In this document: positions 56,371 through 64,000 of the stretch, in pieces | How positions within the stretch are numbered: the stretch's first letter is position 1 | Layout of the letters: every line of letters begins with the position of its first letter | NCBI GenBank assembly: GCA_964291395.2 | Contig: OZ219856.1 | Coordinates: 288,001 to 352,000, forward strand | Reading direction: 5' to 3' | Source: Alphaproteobacteria bacterium | GTDB lineage: Bacteria; Pseudomonadota; Alphaproteobacteria; UBA2966 | Length of the DNA stretch: 64,000 bases | The notes under the pieces: generated by a model | Told to the model about the DNA's origin: nothing | What the model saw: the letters and a program-made list of their open reading frames with translations, nothing else | Databases searched by the model: none | Made by a program: the position numbers and the translations under genes

Positions 56371-57909
56371 ATGGGCCGGAATATTCTGTTCATCACCACG
56401 GATCAGCAGCGGTACGACGCGCTCGGCTGCAATGGCGGGAAGATCGCGAAGACGCCCGTCATCGACGCGCTGGCAAAGAGGGGTATCGTCTATCGGCGGG
56501 CTCACAACCAAAGCACGGTGTGCATGCCGGCGAGAACCACGATGCTCACCGGCATGTATCCCCGCACGCACGGCGTGATCACCAACGGCCGGCGTTACTC
56601 GCACAGAAATCCCACGGTCGCTGGTTACCTCAAGAAACAGGCCAACTACCGCACGGCGCTGCTCGGCAAGGCCCATTTCGATCCCATCCTGACCACCGAG
56701 TACTGGGAGAATACGGCGGCGGCAAAGGGGACCACCGGCCCGCACCGGGGCTTCGAGCGTATCGAGTGTCTGTTCCATTCCGGCCGCGCCGGACGGAATC
56801 TCATGCATTACCCCAAGTGGCTTCGGGACAACCATCCCGAGGAAGTCGACGGCTATTTCCTGTTCGGCAACTACGCCACGAAGAGAGTAACGGTATCGAC
56901 CTATCGGGGCGGCGAGACCGGTGCCGTGCAGGTGAAGCACAACCCCATCCCGCGCGAGTTGTACCATACCGACTGGGTCGCCGACCGGACGATCGACTAT
57001 CTCGATACGGTCAAGAAGCGGGAGAACTGGTTCGTCTGGATGAGTTTCCCCGACCCGCATCACCCATGGGATCCACCGGACTCGGAACTCTATCGGTGCA
57101 ACTGGCGTGACCTGAAACTGCCCGCCGCGCACGGCGGCAGCGTCGAGAAGAATCGCGAGATCCTCGCTCGGAAGCCGCGTCACTGGCTGGAATGGTTCGA
57201 AGGGAAAAAGCAGTTCAATTTCGAGCTACCCAAGACCTTCGTTCCGGCCAGCATGACCGACGACCAGGTGCGCGAGATCGATGCCATGTGCCACATCGAG
57301 AACGAGATCATCGATGAGGCGATGGGGCGGGTGCTCGACTATGTCGACGGGCGCGGTTGGGGTGAGAATACCGACGTTATCTTCACCACCGACCACGGCG
57401 AGCTCCAGGGCGATTACGGAATGTTGTTCAAGGGGCCGGCCCACGTCGACTCTCTGATGCGCGTGCCCATGGTCTGGCGGCCGGCACCCGGCGTCAAGAT
57501 CCGGGCCAAGGAGCTCGAGACACCGGTCGGCCACGTCAATCTGGCCCCGACCTTCTGCGAGATCGCGGGTGTCCCGGTGCCCGAGTGGATGCAGGAGAAG
57601 CCTCTACCGACCACCAAGTCCGACCGCCGCGAGCGCGTGATCACGGAGTGGGAGGACGAGTACAAGGGCAATCATCTCAAGTTCGTCACGATCTACCGCG
57701 ACGGCTATATATGCACAGCCTACGAGAAGACGAGCTACTACGAAGGCACGGAAGGGGAACTCTACGACGTCAACGAGGATCCGCGGCAGTGGCGGAACCT
57801 CTGGGACGTGAAGAAGTACAAGTCGTTGAGGTCGGATCTGGTTGCCGACCTTTACGACAATCTGCCGCCGGCGCGGAAGACGGCGCTGCCGCGTTTGGAG
57901 ATGGTCTGA
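56371..57909 (+). CDS. Formylglycine-type sulfatase-like hydrolase, no signal peptide seen
   Basis: NILFITTDQQR, CMPAR (CxPxR), LTG, GKAH, DPHHP, TTDHGE. Confidence 0.9.
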   Translation: MGRNILFITTDQQRYDALGCNGGKIAKTPVIDALAKRGIVYRRAHNQSTVCMPARTTMLTGMYPRTHGVITNGRRYSHRNPTVAGYLKKQANYRTALLGKAHFDPILTTEYWENTAAAKGTTGPHRGFERIECLFHSGRAGRNLMHYPKWLRDNHPEEVDGYFLFGNYATKRVTVSTYRGGETGAVQVKHNPIPRELYHTDWVADRTIDYLDTVKKRENWFVWMSFPDPHHPWDPPDSELYRCNWRDLKLPAAHGGSVEKNREILARKPRHWLEWFEGKKQFNFELPKTFVPASMTDDQVREIDAMCHIENEIIDEAMGRVLDYVDGRGWGENTDVIFTTDHGELQGDYGMLFKGPAHVDSLMRVPMVWRPAPGVKIRAKELETPVGHVNLAPTFCEIAGVPVPEWMQEKPLPTTKSDRRERVITEWEDEYKGNHLKFVTIYRDGYICTAYEKTSYYEGTEGELYDVNEDPRQWRNLWDVKKYKSLRSDLVADLYDNLPPARKTALPRLEMV

Positions 57910-57918
57910 CGAGCTTTT

Positions 57919-58356
57919 TTAATCTCTCCCCGGTCCGGCTGCGCCGAAGCGCTCCTTGAGGGAGTCGAAACCAGCTTGATAGATTCCTTCCACCACGGCG
58001 ACGACCTCGGCTTCCGGCGCGCCCACGGGGTCAAACTCGCTCGACCAGCGGACCACGGAGGATTCCTCGTCTCCTTCCGCGACGGAGATGGTGGCCTGAT
58101 AACCCGACAGGGGCAGGGGACTGTCGGTGATCGAATAGGAATACGTCCGAGCGCCATCGTCGATGGAGTCCAGGCGTTCATGGACGACCGCGCCGTCACC
58201 CGTGGTCAGCTTGCGCATGTCGCCCACGGCATCGCCATCGGCTTCGCATGATGCGATGGGCGGCAACCACGAATCGATCGTGCTGAATTTGCCGATTGCC
58301 TCCCACACGGCGCCCGCCGGTGCGGACAGGTTCTGACTCATCGATACCTTTGCCAT
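57919..58356 (-). CDS. SRPBCC / polyketide cyclase-dehydrase family protein
   Basis: VWEAIGKF...WLP, ERL, YSYSI, GIYQAGF. Confidence 0.85.
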   Translation of the reverse strand: MAKVSMSQNLSAPAGAVWEAIGKFSTIDSWLPPIASCEADGDAVGDMRKLTTGDGAVVHERLDSIDDGARTYSYSITDSPLPLSGYQATISVAEGDEESSVVRWSSEFDPVGAPEAEVVAVVEGIYQAGFDSLKERFGAAGPGRD

Positions 58357-58434
58357 CCGAGCCTCCCGGTTGGTTCGATCGTCGTTTATCGGGGCAAGTA
58401 TGGTGGCGGTTTGGCGACTCTTCAACGCTCCGGG

Positions 58435-59478
58435 TCAGCCGCCCAATGCCGTCTTCGTCGCCTGTCCCATGCGGTCGAGCAGGCTCTTGCCTTCGGGAAA
58501 GGCGTCTGCCATGAAGGCAAAGCCGTGGACCATCCCTTCGTACTCCGTGAATTCCACCGGGACCCCAGCCTTCTTCAGGCGTGCCGCATAGTCCCGGCCC
58601 TCGTCCCGCAACGGATCGAAGCCGGCGGTGATGATGAGCGCCGGCGGCAGGCCGGCGAGGTTCTCGCACTTGCCGGGCGAGGCACGTGCGGTCCCCGCCT
58701 CTGATTTTTCCGTGAACAGATGCTGGGCGTACCACTCGATCCGCTCGCGCGTGAGGAACAACCCGGCGGCACCGAACAACTCGAAGGATTTCGTCGCGCA
58801 ACTCCAGTCCAGCATGGGATAGATGAGCACCTGGAAAGAGATGTCCGGGTCTCCGGCGTCCCTGCATTCCTGCGTAACGACGGCCGTCAGGTTGCCCCCC
58901 GCCGAGTCTCCGCCAACCGCCAGTCGGCCGGGATCGCCACCGAAACTCGTCGCGTTCTCGGCGGCCCATTTGGTCGCCGCCAGGCAATCCTCGACGGCAG
59001 CTGGGAATTTGCCTTCCGGCGCCAGCCGGTAGTCGGGAACGACGACGATGGCGCCCGAGGCCGCCGCAAGGTGCCGGCAGGTGCCGTCGTAGGCGCCCAG
59101 GCTGCCCTGAACGAAACCCCCGCCGTGGTAGTAGACGAATACCGGCAACGGAGCATCCGAGCGTACCGGCGTGTAGAGCCGCACGGTCAGCTCGCCGGCT
59201 GGCCCGGCAATCATCCGGTCTTCGACGTTCTCCATGGGATGCGGTGGTTGCCCGAAGAGATCGATCACCCGCTCGAACTGTGTACGGGCGAGCTCAGGGC
59301 TGGTTTCCCAGATCGTCTTGGTACGCAGCGAGTTGATCGTGTCGCAAACAAGCTGCGCATTCGCGTCGAGGACGAGCCCGTCCTCATGCAAGCGCCGCCC
59401 CGCGTACAGAAGTGACGCCACCGGTAGCGGTGCCCGCGCCATCGCCACTCGGGTGTTGAACCAAGCCGTATTCGCCAT
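58435..59478 (-). CDS. HSL-family (type IV) esterase/lipase
   Basis: HGGGF, DYRLAPE, GDSAGG, DPLRDEG, HGF. Confidence 0.93.
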   Translation of the reverse strand: MANTAWFNTRVAMARAPLPVASLLYAGRRLHEDGLVLDANAQLVCDTINSLRTKTIWETSPELARTQFERVIDLFGQPPHPMENVEDRMIAGPAGELTVRLYTPVRSDAPLPVFVYYHGGGFVQGSLGAYDGTCRHLAAASGAIVVVPDYRLAPEGKFPAAVEDCLAATKWAAENATSFGGDPGRLAVGGDSAGGNLTAVVTQECRDAGDPDISFQVLIYPMLDWSCATKSFELFGAAGLFLTRERIEWYAQHLFTEKSEAGTARASPGKCENLAGLPPALIITAGFDPLRDEGRDYAARLKKAGVPVEFTEYEGMVHGFAFMADAFPEGKSLLDRMGQATKTALGG

Positions 59479-59481
59479 GAA

Positions 59482-60540
59482 TCATGCCTCCCCCGGCCAT
59501 TCTGCCGCAGTCCCCGAGGTCGTACCAGGCAGGGTGCCCGCGGTCGCCGGTTTGGTCGCCGTAATGACGCTGCGGCCGTCGGGACGGGTGAACATCTCGA
59601 AGTCGGGAAAGCCGGCGTTCCGCAGCCAAGCGCGGTGTTCGCTGACCGTGTAGGCCTGTCCGCCGTCATAGATGTTGAGGAACATCAGGTTCTGGGCCAC
59701 CGTCTGCTCCGGTTCGAGGCGCGAATCCTGCAGCACGCGACTCAAGATACACATCGTTCCGCCCGCTTCGATGGTCTGTCCTACGTTGATCACGGCGTCG
59801 CGGGCGTCGTCATGCGCCAGCACCTGGAGAACGGCTCGGAATACGGCGACGTCGCAGCGGGTCGGGGGCGGACTCGCGACCACGTCGTGTGTCACCACCG
59901 CGACGCGTCCCGACAACCCGGATTCGGCGACGATGGTTTCCGTGATGGGAGCGACGGACGGCAGTTCGATCACCGTCGCCAGAAGCTCCGGACACCGTTC
60001 GCAGGCTGCGATGGCAAGGCCGCCGGAGCCGCCGCCGACGTCGACCAGATGGCGGCGTTCGGCAAGGTTCAGCCTGTCGACCAGCATGCGGCCGGTTTCG
60101 AGCGCGTTGGGATGCAGATCACGAAAGAACGTGTCCCGCTCCGTGCCGGACATCGCGGCGTAATCGTGCCCGGCCTGGGGCTTCCCCGTGCGAATCGACT
60201 CGGCCGTCTGCAACGCCCAGTGCCAGCGCTTCTCGAAGGCTTCACACAGGTTGCCGATGTACTCCTCTCGGCCTTTCACCAGGTAATGGTCCGACTCGGG
60301 CGTGTTCGCGAATGCACCGTCCTTCAAGGTCAGCACGCCGGCCACGACGAGCGCGTAGAGCAGGGGGCTCAGTTTTCGAGGATCGACGTCGAGGACGTCT
60401 GCGAGTTCTTCCGCGGTCTTGGGGCCGTCGCCGAGTGGCGTGAAGACGTCGAGCTTGATGCCCGCCACGAACGCGAACGCGGGATAGGGGGAGTCGACTA
60501 GTTTGTCGAAGATTTCGCGGCTCGGGTAATCCTTTTTCAT
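59482..60540 (-). CDS. Family 2 O-methyltransferase with dimerisation domain
   Basis: LDVFTPL, FANT, LVDVGGGSG. Confidence 0.88.
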   Translation of the reverse strand: MKKDYPSREIFDKLVDSPYPAFAFVAGIKLDVFTPLGDGPKTAEELADVLDVDPRKLSPLLYALVVAGVLTLKDGAFANTPESDHYLVKGREEYIGNLCEAFEKRWHWALQTAESIRTGKPQAGHDYAAMSGTERDTFFRDLHPNALETGRMLVDRLNLAERRHLVDVGGGSGGLAIAACERCPELLATVIELPSVAPITETIVAESGLSGRVAVVTHDVVASPPPTRCDVAVFRAVLQVLAHDDARDAVINVGQTIEAGGTMCILSRVLQDSRLEPEQTVAQNLMFLNIYDGGQAYTVSEHRAWLRNAGFPDFEMFTRPDGRSVITATKPATAGTLPGTTSGTAAEWPGEA

Positions 60541-60548
60541 CTTGAACT

Positions 60549-60585
60549 TCCCCCCTCCGTTGAAGGGGGGAGGTCGGGAGGGGGT
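60549..60585. repeat. REP-like palindromic element
   Basis: tcccccct-ccgttga-agggggga hairpin followed by ggtcgggagggggt; resembles short alphaproteobacterial intergenic repeats; single copy in the window. Confidence 0.5.
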
Positions 60586-60611
60586 ATGCCCGGAGGTTGC
60601 AATTGCGGGTC

Positions 60612-60974
60612 CTAATCGTCTCCGTTCTCTGCGCGCTTTGCGAAGAAGTCTATGTTGAGGTCTGCGCTCGGACCCAGCCAGGCGACGTGGTCCGTATGAT
60701 CCGCGAGATCGTCGCCGGTGTTGGGATGAAGGAAAACGGTCAGCCCGTCGCGGTTGACCATGAGCCACGGGACGAGTTCGTCCAGCACCGGCGGCTCGAA
60801 CGCGATCTGATAGCTCCAGCAGGGATGAGGGCCCACCGGTTTCTCGTGCCACCGCCCCATCTTGACGTCGAAGCGTGCCTGGACCGCCTCGCGCACGCGC
60901 CGGGCTTCCTCGCGGGTGTCTGCGTCGAAGTAGACGTGCGCGTGGTAGCTCCGGATGTCCGAGGGTTCGCCCAT
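60612..60974 (-). CDS. DOPA 4,5-dioxygenase family protein
   Basis: YHAHVYFD, PVGPHP, LMVNRDGLTVFLHPNTG, DH...WLG. Confidence 0.9.
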   Translation of the reverse strand: MGEPSDIRSYHAHVYFDADTREEARRVREAVQARFDVKMGRWHEKPVGPHPCWSYQIAFEPPVLDELVPWLMVNRDGLTVFLHPNTGDDLADHTDHVAWLGPSADLNIDFFAKRAENGDD

Positions 60975-60982
60975 GGGCGATC

Positions 60983-61330
60983 TCAGGCGGTGGCTGACTC
61001 TGGCGTAGAAATACCCTGGTCGGCAAAAATTTGCTTCAGCTCGCCGTTCTCGTACATCTCGCGGATGATATCGCAGCCGCCGACGAACTCACCCTTCACG
61101 TAGAGCTGTGGGATAGTCGGCCAGTCGGAGAACGCCTTGATCCCTTCGCGGATCTGCGGATCGGCCAGCACGTCGACGCCCTTGAACTGGACGCCCAGCA
61201 GGGTCAGGACCTGCACCACGGCGGCGGAAAATCCGCACTGCGGGAACACGGGCGTGCCCTTCATGAACAGGACGACGGGCTGATCGTCGATTTCCTGCCG
61301 AATGCGGTCGAAGACCGGATTGTCACTCAT
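60983..61330 (-). CDS. grxD: Monothiol glutaredoxin Grx4
   Basis: FMKG, PQCGFS, WPTIPQLY, GGCDI. Confidence 0.96.
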   Translation of the reverse strand: MSDNPVFDRIRQEIDDQPVVLFMKGTPVFPQCGFSAAVVQVLTLLGVQFKGVDVLADPQIREGIKAFSDWPTIPQLYVKGEFVGGCDIIREMYENGELKQIFADQGISTPESATA

Positions 61331-61387
61331 GTCGTCTTCCTTCCGTTCATGTCGCTTCGACTCGATCGTGCGAGCCGCGCGACGCGG

Positions 61388-61630
61388 TTAGTCCACATCC
61401 TCGGGAACGCTGGTCTGCAATGCCAAGGCGTGCAGCGCGTCCCCCATGCGGCCTTGGAGCGCCTTGTACACCATCTGGTGCTGCTGAACACGGCTTTTCC
61501 CTGCGAATTCCCTCGAAACGACCATCGCGGCGTAGTGGTCGCCATCGCCCCGCAGATCCTCGATCATGACCTGGGCATCCGGCATCGCTTCCTTGATCAA
61601 GCGCTCGATGTCACCTGCCTGCATTGGCAT
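61388..61630 (-). CDS. bolA: BolA family protein
   Basis: DLRGDGDHY, FAGKSRVQQHQMVY, LHAL. Confidence 0.93.
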   Translation of the reverse strand: MPMQAGDIERLIKEAMPDAQVMIEDLRGDGDHYAAMVVSREFAGKSRVQQHQMVYKALQGRMGDALHALALQTSVPEDVD

Positions 61631-61677
61631 GGTCGCCCCTCCTTCTCAACCCGGCTTCCGGCGGCAACGAGCGGAGT

Positions 61678-63917
<2,240 letters not shown>

Positions 63918-63921
<4 letters not shown>

Positions 63922-64000
63922 GCCAGACGTTCAATCAGCGACTCGAACATCGGACGTCCATCCGAACAGCCTTGCGCGCCGTCGACGTGATCTTCGGGAT
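63918..64000 (-). CDS. purQ: PurQ C-terminal fragment (partial)
   Basis: Reads (H)[26 protein letters not shown], with an ATGA overlap onto purL. Confidence 0.8.

Overview
GC-rich bacterial chromosome segment; gene content and order (purQ-purL-bolA-grxD, gph-glmU-glmS, gor, nadE-cysS-trmJ) point to an alphaproteobacterium (inference). The right ~23 kb (40.8-64 kb) is mostly housekeeping genes plus a tRNA-Val(CAC). The left ~40 kb is accessory metabolism in three blocks. (i) A ~15 kb block (3441-18489) bracketed by two related IS-end remnants, carrying two LigE/beta-etherase-like GSTs, an indel-damaged Opp/Dpp ABC operon, an internally deleted IS630 and a set of CoA-dependent and hydrolytic enzymes, two with non-canonical catalytic residues. 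(ii) A ~13 kb cluster (22351-35287) built around a methanesulfonate-monooxygenase-like (MsmA/MsmB-like) Rieske oxygenase with a short Rieske spacer, two amidohydrolases, a PuuE-like deacetylase, a carbon-nitrogen hydrolase, two Tyr-less SDRs, a split sulfonate-type ABC importer and a COG0523 metallochaperone; this is the best candidate for an undescribed system (probably N-heterocycle/ureide catabolism, inference). (iii) An orphan + 2OG-Fe(II)-oxygenase-like + epoxide-hydrolase trio. No CRISPR array, rRNA, integrase or transcription-factor gene was recognised. All family calls come from motif recognition by eye, not database searches.
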